From the sequence record DRR723986_29597: a DNA stretch of 43,673 bases. One strand, written 5' to 3'. The notes under the pieces are model-generated. The model was not told the origin of the DNA. It worked only from the letters and a program-made list of their open reading frames with translations, and did not search any database. Position numbers and translations under genes: made by a program. The first letter of the stretch is position 1. Every line of letters starts with the position of its first letter. Positions 9,824 to 20,182 of the stretch are shown in pieces.

Positions 9824-11761
9824 TTAGAATTTAATACTAATTCTTGTACCTGAACTCGGCATTGAGTCTATACTTATACTAGCGTTTATGTCAGCAGCTC
9901 TTTTCTGCATATTCAGTAATCCATTACCAAACTTTATTTTGTCTTTTTCAAAACCTATACCATCATCTAAAATGGTAATACTCATTTTACCATCTTCTTC
10001 ATCTATATTCACAGATATTTGAGATGCATTAGAATACTTTAATGCATTATTTAGACCTTCTTGTATTATTCGATAAATATTCATGCCTTTTAAAGAGGTA
10101 AATGATGCAGATTTATCTATCGAATTGGTAACATTAAAATTAAATTCAACATTCTGTGATGCAATATTTGCTTTTTCAATAAAATTTGAAATTCTTATCT
10201 GTAAGTCTTCAAAGGTTATTTCACTCTTATTCATAGCCCATATTGTATCTCTTAGCTCATATATAGTTGTGGAAGTAAATTCGCTTATGTTCTTAAGCTT
10301 TTCACCTAATTTATCTGGGATTTTAAATCCATATTTAAGATTATCAATTGATGAAATTATAAATGTAAGTTGTGCGCCAATATTACCGTGCAAATCTCGT
10401 GAGATTCTTAAACGTTGATCCTGTAATTTATTTTACGTTTCAATTTTTAATAAGGCATCTTTTAATTCATTTTCCTTTTTGAGTTGGCGATTTTTTAGTT
10501 TTTGTTGATTCTAAAATAAATAACCTAATAAACTTAAAAGAACGGCAAGTGCACCTAATCCAAGTATATAAGTATTCTTTTTACTGATATCTAATTCTTT
10601 CTCAGCTATATCAGCTCTTTGAGACAAAATTTCTTTTTCCTTTTTTTCAGTTTCATATTTAGTCTCTAACTCAAATACTGTTTTGGTTTTCTCAGTTTCA
10701 AAAACACTATCTTTTTGAACTGCGTAACGTTTAATATATGCATATGCATTCTTATAATCTCCAGTAACTGCATTTACATCTGCTAGCTGTTTTAGAGCTT
10801 TAATTTCTATTTCTTTAAAGCTATTTTATGTGATTATTTTTATAACATCTCGCAATTGTATTTTAGCATTTACGTAGTTTTGGTTGACGATATAATTGTG
10901 AGCTAAACTTACCTTTGCATTTGAAAGTTCATAGAGATTATTATCATTTTCAAATGCATTAATAGCCTCTAAATAATCTTTCTTTGCCTCGGAATAAATC
11001 TTTAAACTGTCTTTAGCAATTGCAATATTCACACGCATATAGGGTACATAGCGAGAATACCCTAAACTATCGTACATTTTTTCTGCGCGTTGCGAATATG
11101 AAATTGACTCTTTGTACTTTTCTAAATTTAACAATACAGAACCTATATTTCCATTAGTTATAGCTTCACCTATTACATAATTGTTGTTTTTGTAAATTTC
11201 TAGTGCTTTTTTGTAATACTCGATAACCTTATAATAGGCCTTTTGTTTTTTATAAACTATACCAATATTGACATAAACCATTGGCACCTTATCAAATTCC
11301 TCGGCATGTACTTCATAGATTCTTAAAGCATCAAAATAACTTTCTAGGGCTTTTGAATAGTTTCCTTTTGTATCGTATATTATTCCTAAGTTATTTAAAG
11401 TATTTGCTATACCTAAAGTATCGTTAATAATCTTTTTTACTTCAAGACTTTTAGAATGATATGTAAGTGAACTATCTAATTGTGATAAGGCTTCAAAACT
11501 ACTCGCAATACTATTATACGCAGACGTAATTGCCTGCTGATCTTCAATAGAATTCGCTACACTCAAAGCCTTTTTTCCATATACCAAAGAACTATCGGCA
11601 TTAGAATTTTTATATTCCCAAGATATTTCATTGTAGGAATGAACGAGTGCTGTTCCTTTGTCATTTTTAGATGCCTTTAGTAAGCTATCTAGTCTAGAAT
11701 GTTGTTGGGCATGAGTTGTTAGTGTACAAAACAGTGCTAATGAGAATAGAAATATTCGCAT
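9824..11761 (-). pseudogene. TPR-repeat sensor histidine kinase (HisKA_3/HATPase), interrupted by three in-frame stops
   Basis: Track ORFs 10826-11761 and 9824-10393 are in the same frame. Manual translation between them is continuous except for TAA 10826-10828, TAG 10511-10513 and TAA 10433-10435. Signal peptide, TPRs, TM, RISRDLHGNIG H-box, QEGLNNALKYS and DDGIGF are present. Confidence 0.92.
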
Positions 11762-11888
11762 ATAATGATTAGTTGGTTAATAGCTTTATGAAGATACTAA
11801 ATTATTTATTCACACATTAATTGCTGATTATAACTGAATTCAATCAACGAATGTTTCGCAAATTCATTTATAGAAGTTAATTTTTCAA

Positions 11889-12452
11889 TTAAGCGTTTAT
11901 CATTAATCTCATATCATTTAAAATATCATCAATAGATATGATAATAGAATTAAGACAATACCTTATAGAATTACAACAATTATTTAAAATGGTCTCATTT
12001 TCCTTGAGTCTAGTTTTTTGCGATTCAATTATTATTAAAGCCTCTTGGAGCTCCTCTTCTCTTTCAAATTTTTCTGTATTAAACTGATTCCGTTTAAATA
12101 CAATATATCCGATTAAAACTAATATTAGAACCAAGGATAAAATACCTATTATTTTAAAATTTCGTTTTTGAATGACTAAATCTTGTTCTGCTTTACATTC
12201 TCTGTTTACAAAACTTTGAATGTATCTTTTGTTAAGATCAAAAACTTCAGTAACCTCATTTACATTTGGATGTATAGCTCTTGTTTGTATTGGCTCATTA
12301 TAAATAGATGAATTTTGAGCATAGGTAAACTGATGTAATAAAAGGAAAATAAAAGCGCTACAACTGGAAAGCAAAAAAAGCATCAGATACTTACTGCTTT
12401 TAAAGACAGAGGAATTAACTGATGCTCTTTTAAATAAATTGATTAATAGCAT
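11889..12452 (-). CDS. Hypothetical membrane protein; truncated, His-less paralog of the neighbouring kinase's TM/coiled-coil/DHp segment (start uncertain)
   Basis: Gap-free 90-aa alignment by eye to the kinase segment AEKELD...IISSIDNL. Confidence 0.6.
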   Translation of the reverse strand: MLLINLFKRASVNSSVFKSSKYLMLFLLSSCSAFIFLLLHQFTYAQNSSIYNEPIQTRAIHPNVNEVTEVFDLNKRYIQSFVNRECKAEQDLVIQKRNFKIIGILSLVLILVLIGYIVFKRNQFNTEKFEREEELQEALIIIESQKTRLKENETILNNCCNSIRYCLNSIIISIDDILNDMRLMINA

Positions 12453-12571
12453 CAATAAGATATAACTAATTGTTAGTGTTTTTCCTTTTTTTCGATGAAA
12501 CGACAATTAAAAAGATTAAGTGTAATTGAAACTTAACTACGCCTAATCAAATAAAATCTCAACAACAAGAT

Positions 12572-12841
12572 TTATTGGTTAAGGTTATAGGCATATATGG
12601 TTTTATCATTTGGCTTATAATATAAATACCCACCAAACTCATCTACTTTATAGACTGGTTTTTTGTCTCTTAAAACAATTTCCTTTTCAACCGTACCATT
12701 ATCTTTATTTAGCTTTACCAGACCAACACCTTCCTCTAATTTTGTTAAGACAAACTGTGCGTCTTGAGTTGCAGAAGTAGCCTTAAAACGCTTCGCCATT
12801 TCGGCAAACGAAGCTGACCCAATAGCAGCAAAAGCATCTGA
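12572..12841 (-). pseudogene. C-terminal remnant of a probable beta-propeller (PQQ-like repeat) protein
   Basis: Frame reads *SDAFAAIGSASFAEMAKRFKATSAT...IYAYNLNQ. Coding-like sequence extends 14 codons upstream of the Met and then hits a stop 21 nt from the previous gene. The family call is from memory of flavobacterial proteins. Confidence 0.6.
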
Positions 12842-12862
12842 TTATGTGTGTTTTAATTGTTT

Positions 12863-13813
12863 TTAAAACGAAATTTGAGGATACTTTTCTTGTAATTCAT
12901 CTATTTCTGACTGAAGTTTTGTCAAAAATTCCTGATGAGCAATTGAGTGAGGGTTAAATGGTTTATGAGCTTTTTTATTCTGAATATTACCAACAATTTT
13001 TAAAGTTGATAAACCCTCTTCAGAAAACCAAACTGAACTAAATTTGTTCCAGATGTAGTCAACAGCTAATTGATTTGGATGAACCATATCAGACTTATAA
13101 AAACGATAATCTCTCAGTTCATCCATCACTATTTCGTAAGAAGGAAAGTAATAGACTTTTTTTCTTAAATCGACAATTTGATGTATTCCACTAAGTAAAT
13201 GAGATTTGCTTCTTGTATTTTCTACAAAACCATCTTTTAAGTGACGTACTGGTGAAACTGTTAGTAATACATTTACATTAGGATTAACACTTTTTACCAT
13301 TGCCAAAATAGCATCTAACGATTGCGTCACATCATCTACAGAAAGTAACTCTTTTAAAAAAATTTTCTGTGGATTTTTATGGCAGTTAGCAACAATCCTA
13401 TCTGTTTCAATATGTCTATAAACCCATGCAGTACCCAAGGTAATAATAACATGCGAAGCTTTTTGCAATGCATTATTTGTTTCGTCTAATTGATTGTTCA
13501 ACTCTAAAAGCAATTCTTGTTTAGAAATGTTGTTGAGCTTTGAATGCGCATCTAAACAACACCATTGTTCATTAACGAAATGAATCTCTTGGTCGGTGTA
13601 ATAATTTTTATTAACAGATCTTGTAATTAGATTTTCAATAGCCAATGGATGGAATAATATTCCGAATGGATTTACATTAGAATTAAGCTTGTAATAATCA
13701 AACTTTTCACCAATATTTTCTGAGAAACAAGATCCCAAAAGAAATAGTTTAGAGTTATAATCAATTTGATTATGAGGTTGTTTACTTAATGGTATTTGTG
13801 TTTGAAGGTTCAT
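12863..13813 (-). CDS. GSCFA domain-containing protein
   Basis: LGSCFSENIG, NPFGILFHP, ITLGTAW, TVSPVRH, YFPSYEI..DELRDYRFY..DMVHP. The ATG at 13813 is preferred. Confidence 0.95.
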   Translation of the reverse strand: MNLQTQIPLSKQPHNQIDYNSKLFLLGSCFSENIGEKFDYYKLNSNVNPFGILFHPLAIENLITRSVNKNYYTDQEIHFVNEQWCCLDAHSKLNNISKQELLLELNNQLDETNNALQKASHVIITLGTAWVYRHIETDRIVANCHKNPQKIFLKELLSVDDVTQSLDAILAMVKSVNPNVNVLLTVSPVRHLKDGFVENTRSKSHLLSGIHQIVDLRKKVYYFPSYEIVMDELRDYRFYKSDMVHPNQLAVDYIWNKFSSVWFSEEGLSTLKIVGNIQNKKAHKPFNPHSIAHQEFLTKLQSEIDELQEKYPQISF

Positions 13814-13815
13814 TT

Positions 13816-14226
13816 TTATTTTGAAGCATAATAACACGCCTGATTAAAAAGTTGATTTATATTATCATCATTAATCCAGTTATTCTTTAATCTTAACTCA
13901 GTAGTAAACTTGTCTTTCATTACATTGAAATCCTCATCTGTTTTCATTTTATAAAAATGATCAAACATATAATCTCGACCTTTATTAGTAATCTCGTAAG
14001 CCCACTTATTTTATCCTCTTATTTCCTTTCTTGACAACTTTGGAAACGCTTTTTTTAGTCTGGAATTAATTGGCTGATGCAAATTTGGTCCAAATTCCAT
14101 AGATAAAGAAAGAGCTATATTTAAAATTTCATAAACATTGAATCTTCTATATTCGGCCAAATCCATTTTGTAATCAATATCCAACGACTTGAATCTTTTG
14201 AAAAAACCAGAAAGCCAAGATTCCAT
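13816..14226 (-). pseudogene. 136-codon hypothetical protein with one in-frame TAA at 14011-14013
   Basis: After the stop the same frame continues for 64 sense codons (NKWAYEITNKGRDYMFDHFY...WINDDNINQLFNQACYYASK*) and ends 2 nt before the GSCFA ATG. Confidence 0.8.
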
Positions 14227-14231
14227 AATAC

Positions 14232-16847
14232 TTATGCTATATATCCTTTAGCTACTTTTAATGCTTCTTCAATACCTTGTGGGTTTTTACCACCTGCAGT
14301 AGCAAAGAAGGGCTGTCCTCCGCCTCCACCTTGGATATACTTACCTAGTTCTCTTACAATATTACCAGCATTTAGTTCCTTATCAGTAACTAGTTCTTTT
14401 GATATATAACAAGACAATATAGCTTTACCGTTATTTTCTGCGCCAAATAATAAAAACAAATTATTAAACTGACTACCTAACTCAAAACAAACATCTTTTA
14501 TACCACCTGCATCAAGATCGAGTTTCTTTGCCAAAAACTTAATACCGTTAATTTCGGTTAACTCATTTTTAAGCTCACCCTTAATATTTTTAGCTTTATC
14601 TTTTAATAATTGTTCAATCTGCTTTTTAAGGTCAGCGTTCTCTGCTTGTAGATTTTGCAAAGCTTTTACTGGTTCTTTGGAGTTATTAAGAAGATCTCTT
14701 ATTTCAAAATAAGCACGGTTATTTTCAAAATAAAAGTCTTTTACAGCATCATTTGTAATTGCCTCTATTCTTCTTATACCAGCTGCGACAGCACTTTCTG
14801 ATACAATTTTAAAATGCCAGATATCAGCTGTATTATTTACGTGAGTTCCACCGCAAAGTTCAATAGATTGACCAAATCTAATTGTACGAACAGTATCACC
14901 ATATTTTTCACCAAATAATGACATAGCGCCTTCTACTATTGCTTCTTCCTTGGGTATGCTTCTGTTTTCCTGTAACTGTAATTTACCTTCAATTCTTGCA
15001 TTTACAAAGTTCTCTACATCTCTTAATTCTTCAACCGTCAACTTTGAAAAATGTGAAAAATCGAAACGTAAGTACTTAGAATTTACAGCGGATCCTTTTT
15101 GTTCAACATGTGTACCTAAAACTTCTCGTAATGCTTGGTGCAATAAATGTGTTGCTGTATGATTGCACTCTGTTCTGTATCGTTGTTTCCCATCGACAAC
15201 TGCTTTTAGGACCTCATCATTATGTTTTGGTAAATTTTTCGCAAAGTGAATTATAACATTATTCTCTTTCTTAGTATCTAAAATATATACAACATCTCCG
15301 TGTTCATCTTCTAAATAACCTTTATCTCCAACTTGCCCTCCACCTTCAGGATAAAATGGAGTAATATTAAAAACAAGTTGATACATTTCTCCATCTTTCT
15401 TAGAAACTACCTTTCGATAACGTGTAATCTTTACTTGTGCTTCTAATGTATCGTATCCTATAAATTCTTCAACTTCATCGTTATGTAAAACGGTCCAGTC
15501 ATCAGTAGACATTTCACTTGCTGCTCTTGATCTACTCTTTTGTTTTTCTAAATGCTCCTCAAATCCTTTCTCATCTAACTTTAAGCCTTTCTCAGATAGA
15601 ATTAAGGCTGTTAAGTCTATCGGAAAACCATAGGTATCGTATAATTCAAAAGCTTTTTCACCAGAAACAGTGTCACCTTTGGTTTCTTTAACTATTCTAT
15701 TTAGTAATACTAAGCCTTGTTCTAGAGTTCTTAAAAAAGAGGACTCTTCTTCCTTAATCACGTTCTCAATGAGTTGTTTCTGAGCTTTCATTTCTGGAAA
15801 CGCAGAACCCATCTTTTTACTTAAAACATCAACCAATCGATAGATGAATGGTTCTTTTTTATCTAAAAACGTAAACCCATAACGTACAGCACGCCTTAAA
15901 ATTCGGCGAATTACATAACCAGCACCTGTATTACTTGGCAACTGACCATCTGCAATAGAGAATGCTACTGCTCTGACATGATCTGAAATTACACGTATGG
16001 CAACATCTACCTTTTCATCATTTCCATAATCTTTATTGGTTATCGTTTCAATTTCTCTAATTATTGGTGTAAAAACATCAGTGTCGTAATTAGATTGAAC
16101 CCCTTGTAAAACCATACAAAGACGTTCAAATCCCATACCAGTATCTATATGTTTATTTGGTAAGGTTTCTAAAGACCCATTAGCCTTACGATTGTATTGC
16201 ATAAAGACTAAATTCCAAATTTCCACAACCTGCGGATGATCCATGTTTACCAAAGATTTGCCATCAACTTTAGCTTTATCTTCTGCTGAGCGTATATCTA
16301 CATGTATTTCACTGCAAGGACCACAAGGACCTTGATCTCCCATTTCCCAAAAATTATCCTTTTTGTTACCCATTAATATACGATCCTCAGAAATAAATCC
16401 TTTCCAAAGATCATAGGCTTCCTGATCCATTTTTAGATTATCAGCATCATCACTTCCTTCAAATACTGTGACATATAATATATCTTTATCAATACCATAG
16501 ACTTCAGTTAGCAATTCCCAAGCCCACGCAATTGCTTCTTTTTTAAAGTAATCACCAAAACTCCAATTACCCAACATCTCAAAAAGTGTGTGATGATAAG
16601 TATCATAACCAACTTCTTCTAAATCGTTATGCTTACCCGAAACACGTAAGCACTTTTGCGTATCTGCTATTCTATTTTTCTTAGGGTCTGCATTTCCTAA
16701 AAAATACTCTTTAAAAGGAGCCATACCAGAATTAACAAACATCAATGTAGGATCGTCTTTTAAAACCATTGGCGCAGAAGGAACTATCAGGTGTTGCTTT
16801 CCTTCGAAGAAATTTAAAAACTTTGTACGAATTTCTTGAGACTTCAT
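14232..16847 (-). CDS. alaS: Alanine--tRNA ligase
   Basis: [62 protein letters not shown]. Confidence 0.99.
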   Translation of the reverse strand: MKSQEIRTKFLNFFEGKQHLIVPSAPMVLKDDPTLMFVNSGMAPFKEYFLGNADPKKNRIADTQKCLRVSGKHNDLEEVGYDTYHHTLFEMLGNWSFGDYFKKEAIAWAWELLTEVYGIDKDILYVTVFEGSDDADNLKMDQEAYDLWKGFISEDRILMGNKKDNFWEMGDQGPCGPCSEIHVDIRSAEDKAKVDGKSLVNMDHPQVVEIWNLVFMQYNRKANGSLETLPNKHIDTGMGFERLCMVLQGVQSNYDTDVFTPIIREIETITNKDYGNDEKVDVAIRVISDHVRAVAFSIADGQLPSNTGAGYVIRRILRRAVRYGFTFLDKKEPFIYRLVDVLSKKMGSAFPEMKAQKQLIENVIKEEESSFLRTLEQGLVLLNRIVKETKGDTVSGEKAFELYDTYGFPIDLTALILSEKGLKLDEKGFEEHLEKQKSRSRAASEMSTDDWTVLHNDEVEEFIGYDTLEAQVKITRYRKVVSKKDGEMYQLVFNITPFYPEGGGQVGDKGYLEDEHGDVVYILDTKKENNVIIHFAKNLPKHNDEVLKAVVDGKQRYRTECNHTATHLLHQALREVLGTHVEQKGSAVNSKYLRFDFSHFSKLTVEELRDVENFVNARIEGKLQLQENRSIPKEEAIVEGAMSLFGEKYGDTVRTIRFGQSIELCGGTHVNNTADIWHFKIVSESAVAAGIRRIEAITNDAVKDFYFENNRAYFEIRDLLNNSKEPVKALQNLQAENADLKKQIEQLLKDKAKNIKGELKNELTEINGIKFLAKKLDLDAGGIKDVCFELGSQFNNLFLLFGAENNGKAILSCYISKELVTDKELNAGNIVRELGKYIQGGGGGQPFFATAGGKNPQGIEEALKVAKGYIA

Positions 16848-16902
16848 AAACTGAAATTATAGCTTGTTTCTATTTAATTACCACAAATGCAAAACAATTT
16901 TT

Positions 16903-16910
16903 TATCTTTG
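16903..16910 (+). promoter_or_regulatory. -7 box (TATCTTTG) for the M23 peptidase operon
   Basis: TAnnTTTG match in the divergent intergenic region. Confidence 0.55.
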
Positions 16911-16956
16911 GTCGTTAAGCTAATAAAAAGTGCTTGCACTGTGCGCTTATTAGCTG

Positions 16957-16964
16957 CAAAAATA
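16957..16964 (-). promoter_or_regulatory. -7 box (TATTTTTG) for alaS
   Basis: TAnnTTTG match on the minus strand. Confidence 0.5.
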
Positions 16965-16978
16965 GCATAAATTAAAAC

Positions 16979-17950
16979 ATGGGTAAGGTAAAATATTATT
17001 ATGATTCTGAAACGCTTTCTTACCGTAAAATAAAGCGCAGAAAAAGAACGACTTTAAAATATGTCGCAGTGTTTTTGGTTGCCTCTGCTATTTTTGCATT
17101 TCTGTTTGTTTTTATCGCCAGCCAGTATATTGAATCTCCCAAAGAGCGTCAGATGGCAAGAGAGTTAGAAAATATGCAACTGCAGTACGAATTACTTAAT
17201 AAACGTATGGACGATGCCATTGCAGCACTTGAGAATGTTGAAGAAAGAGATAATGCAATTTACAGACTATATTTTGAAGCCAACCCAATACCAGAAGAAC
17301 AACGCAGAGCAGGTTTTGGTGGTATTAATCGTTATAAAAAGTTTGAAGGATTTGATAATTCTCAATTAATATCAGAGAGTAATAATCGATTAGACATATT
17401 AGAAAAAGCGATCGTAGTACAGTCTAAATCGTTAGATGAAATTGCAAAACTTGCCGAAGATAAAGAAAAGTTTTTATCTGCGATCCCAGCTATACAACCT
17501 GTAAACAATATTGATTTAACCCGTATGGCATCTGGTTACGGTTTTAGAACAGATCCGTTCACAAAAGTTAGAAAGTTTCATTTTGGTATGGATTTTACAG
17601 CACCAAGAGGAACACCAGTTTACGCATCTGGAGATGGAGTAGTAAAAAGAGCAGATAATAGTTCTACTGGATATGGAAAGCATATTCGAATAGATCATGG
17701 ATTTGGCTATGTGTCGTTATATGCTCACCTTTATAAATATAATGCAAGAGTAAACCAACGTGTAAAACGTGGCGATCTTATTGGCTTTGTTGGCAGTACA
17801 GGACGTTCTGAAGCACCACATTTGCATTATGAGATATTTAAAGACGGAAATCGTATTAATCCAATAAACTTCTACTACGGAAATTTATCGGCCGAAGAAT
17901 ATAGTAAATTACTAGAGAAAGCCTCTTTAGAAAATCAATCCCTCGATTAA
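16979..17950 (+). CDS. M23-family metallopeptidase with TM anchor and coiled coil
   Basis: HFGMD (HxxxD), YAHL and HLHYE (HxH) motifs. Confidence 0.96.
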   Translation: MGKVKYYYDSETLSYRKIKRRKRTTLKYVAVFLVASAIFAFLFVFIASQYIESPKERQMARELENMQLQYELLNKRMDDAIAALENVEERDNAIYRLYFEANPIPEEQRRAGFGGINRYKKFEGFDNSQLISESNNRLDILEKAIVVQSKSLDEIAKLAEDKEKFLSAIPAIQPVNNIDLTRMASGYGFRTDPFTKVRKFHFGMDFTAPRGTPVYASGDGVVKRADNSSTGYGKHIRIDHGFGYVSLYAHLYKYNARVNQRVKRGDLIGFVGSTGRSEAPHLHYEIFKDGNRINPINFYYGNLSAEEYSKLLEKASLENQSLD

Positions 17951-17951
17951 A

Positions 17952-18281
17952 ATGCATATAGATTTACCAGAAAAGCGTTACTATGGTATTGGTGAAGTTG
18001 CCAAGGCATTTAAAGTGAATGCTTCACTTATTCGTTTTTGGGAAAAGGAATTTGATGTTATAAAACCTAAAAAAAATGCAAAGGGTAACAGAAAATTTAC
18101 ACCAGAAGATATTAAAAATCTTAAATTTATTTACCACTTGGTAAAAGAACGTGGTTTTACTTTAGAAGGTGCAAAAACCCATCTAAAGGAAGAAAAAAAA
18201 CAATCTTTAGAGAAGTTTGAAATTATTTCTAAACTCGAAAGTATTAAAGCGCAGCTTATTAAAATAAAAACACAACTTTAA
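17952..18281 (+). CDS. MerR-family transcriptional regulator
   Basis: YYGIGEVAK...SLIRFWEKEF...P.KNAKGNRKF...KERGFTLEGAK. Confidence 0.93.
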   Translation: MHIDLPEKRYYGIGEVAKAFKVNASLIRFWEKEFDVIKPKKNAKGNRKFTPEDIKNLKFIYHLVKERGFTLEGAKTHLKEEKKQSLEKFEIISKLESIKAQLIKIKTQL

Positions 18282-18292
18282 AACTACTTATC

Positions 18293-18895
18293 ATGAAAAA
18301 ATTTCTACCGTGGATAATTATTGCAATTATTGCTGCAGGATTATATTTTAAAGGCAAAGGATTTTACAATAGTGTAATTGTAGAGGAAGAGAAAATTGGT
18401 GAACAATGGTCTAAAGTAGAAAGTGCATACCAGCTTAGGTTAGACTTAATTCCCAACTTAATGAAAGTTGCTGAGCGATATGCAGAATATGAACAAGAAA
18501 CTTTTAAAATTGTAACAGATGCAAGGTCTAAGGCAACTAGTATTCAAATAGACCCTTCTAATATCACACCTGAACAATTAGAACAATTTAAGCAAGCCCA
18601 AGGTAGTATGACTTCAGCCTTATCAAGACTTTTAGCGGTTTTTGAACGTTATCCAGAATTAAAGGCCAATGAGAACTATAAGGAATTAATGAATTCATTA
18701 GACCGTGTTGAAAAACGTATTAAAGTAGAAAGAGATCGCTTTAATGAAACTATTACTCCATATAACAACATCGTGAGACAGTTCCCTGGCAACCTTTATG
18801 CTAAAGTTTTTGGCTTTGAAAAGAAAGAGCGATTCAATGCTGATGAAGGTGCAGAAAAAGGTGTTGATGTAAATGATTACAAATCTAATAACTAA
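18293..18895 (+). CDS. lemA: LemA-family protein
   Basis: N-terminal TM, W..VE..YQ.R.DLIPNL, ERYPELKAN, R..FNE....YN..VRQFP. Confidence 0.95.
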   Translation: MKKFLPWIIIAIIAAGLYFKGKGFYNSVIVEEEKIGEQWSKVESAYQLRLDLIPNLMKVAERYAEYEQETFKIVTDARSKATSIQIDPSNITPEQLEQFKQAQGSMTSALSRLLAVFERYPELKANENYKELMNSLDRVEKRIKVERDRFNETITPYNNIVRQFPGNLYAKVFGFEKKERFNADEGAEKGVDVNDYKSNN

Positions 18896-18897
18896 AA

Positions 18898-19335
18898 ATG
18901 TCTAATATTGAGGATTTCCTTACAAGTGCAGAAGAACAGGAAATCATTGAAGCTATACGCACCGCGGAAAAATCCACAACAGGAGAAATTAGAGTTCATA
19001 TTGAGCAAAAATGCGAAATAGACATTTATGAACATGCTCTAGAGGTGTTTCATATCTTAAAAATGGATAATACACGTCAGCAAAACGGTGTTCTTATTTA
19101 TGTAGCTGTAGATAACAAGTCTTTTGTAATATGTGGTGACCAAGGCATTAATAATGTCGTTGGAAAACAATTTTGGAATTCTACGCGAGATATTATCACA
19201 TCACAATTTAAAAAAGGAAACTTCAAACAAGGATTAGTTGATGGTGTTATTGAAGCAGGAAAAGCACTATCAAAATATTTCCCTTATCAATATAATAATC
19301 CTAACGAGTTAGATAATAAAATTTCAAAAGGATAG
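18898..19335 (+). CDS. TPM domain-containing protein
   Basis: AEKSTTGEIRVHIE, NGVLIY, GDQGI, NELDN; usual lemA context. Confidence 0.93.
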   Translation: MSNIEDFLTSAEEQEIIEAIRTAEKSTTGEIRVHIEQKCEIDIYEHALEVFHILKMDNTRQQNGVLIYVAVDNKSFVICGDQGINNVVGKQFWNSTRDIITSQFKKGNFKQGLVDGVIEAGKALSKYFPYQYNNPNELDNKISKG

Positions 19336-20171
19336 TGAAGTTATTTAAAAAAACATACCAATCCTTTTTACTAATCGCTTGCTTTTGTATTTCTTATTCT
19401 AGCCATTCTCAATTCAATATTCCTGAAAAACCGACTGATGATGAACAAGTTTTTGTTTACGATTATATAAAACTATTATCACAAGCTCATTATTCTGCAT
19501 TAAACTTAAAACTTAAACGCTATGCAGATACAACATCAACTCAAATAGTTGTTGCAATTGTTAGCACAATGAAAGGTGATGATATTTCTTTAGTTGGTGC
19601 TGAATGGGGACATAAATGGGGAATTGGACAAGCTGATGCGGATAATGGTATATTAATTTTATTGGCCAAAGATGACAGAGATATAGATATAAACACTGGC
19701 TACGGTATAGAGTATAGATTAACTGACATTGATGCTGAACGTATTATAAATCGTGTAATTATACCTGAATTTAAACAAGGCAAATTTTATAATGGTTTAA
19801 ATAATGGTACCGATGTAATGTTTCAAATACTAAGTGGTGAATTTGACGCTTTGCCAAAAGACTATTCAGTTCGATTCCCGTACGAAATATTTATTTTCTT
19901 ATTCATCATTTTCATCATATTTATTATTGCAATATCTAGAAGTCGCGGTGGTGGTAAAGGTGGAAATGGCGGCAAAAACTATGATAGTCGCAGTATTCTT
20001 GAAGCCATTATATTAAGTAATATGGGACGTGGTAGTTACAGAAGATCTTCTGGTGGTTTTGGCGGAGGCTTTGGTGGAGGTTCATCTGGTGGCGGAAGTT
20101 TTGGTGGAGGCTTCGGAGGCGGATTTGGTGGCGGCGGATTCGGAGGTGGAGGAGCTTCTGGAAGTTGGTAA
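19335..20171 (+). CDS. TPM (YgcG-like) domain protein with TM and Gly-rich tail
   Basis: WGIGQ...DNGILIL, INTGYGIE..LTD, and a tail ending GGGFGGGGASGSW. Confidence 0.94.
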   Translation: MKLFKKTYQSFLLIACFCISYSSHSQFNIPEKPTDDEQVFVYDYIKLLSQAHYSALNLKLKRYADTTSTQIVVAIVSTMKGDDISLVGAEWGHKWGIGQADADNGILILLAKDDRDIDINTGYGIEYRLTDIDAERIINRVIIPEFKQGKFYNGLNNGTDVMFQILSGEFDALPKDYSVRFPYEIFIFLFIIFIIFIIAISRSRGGGKGGNGGKNYDSRSILEAIILSNMGRGSYRRSSGGFGGGFGGGSSGGGSFGGGFGGGFGGGGFGGGGASGSW

Positions 20172-20182
20172 TTTGATTGATA

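Noticed and set aside
20050-20168. GGN-rich tandem repeat as a repeat element
   Set aside because: It is the ordinary Gly-rich tail of TPM/YgcG proteins.
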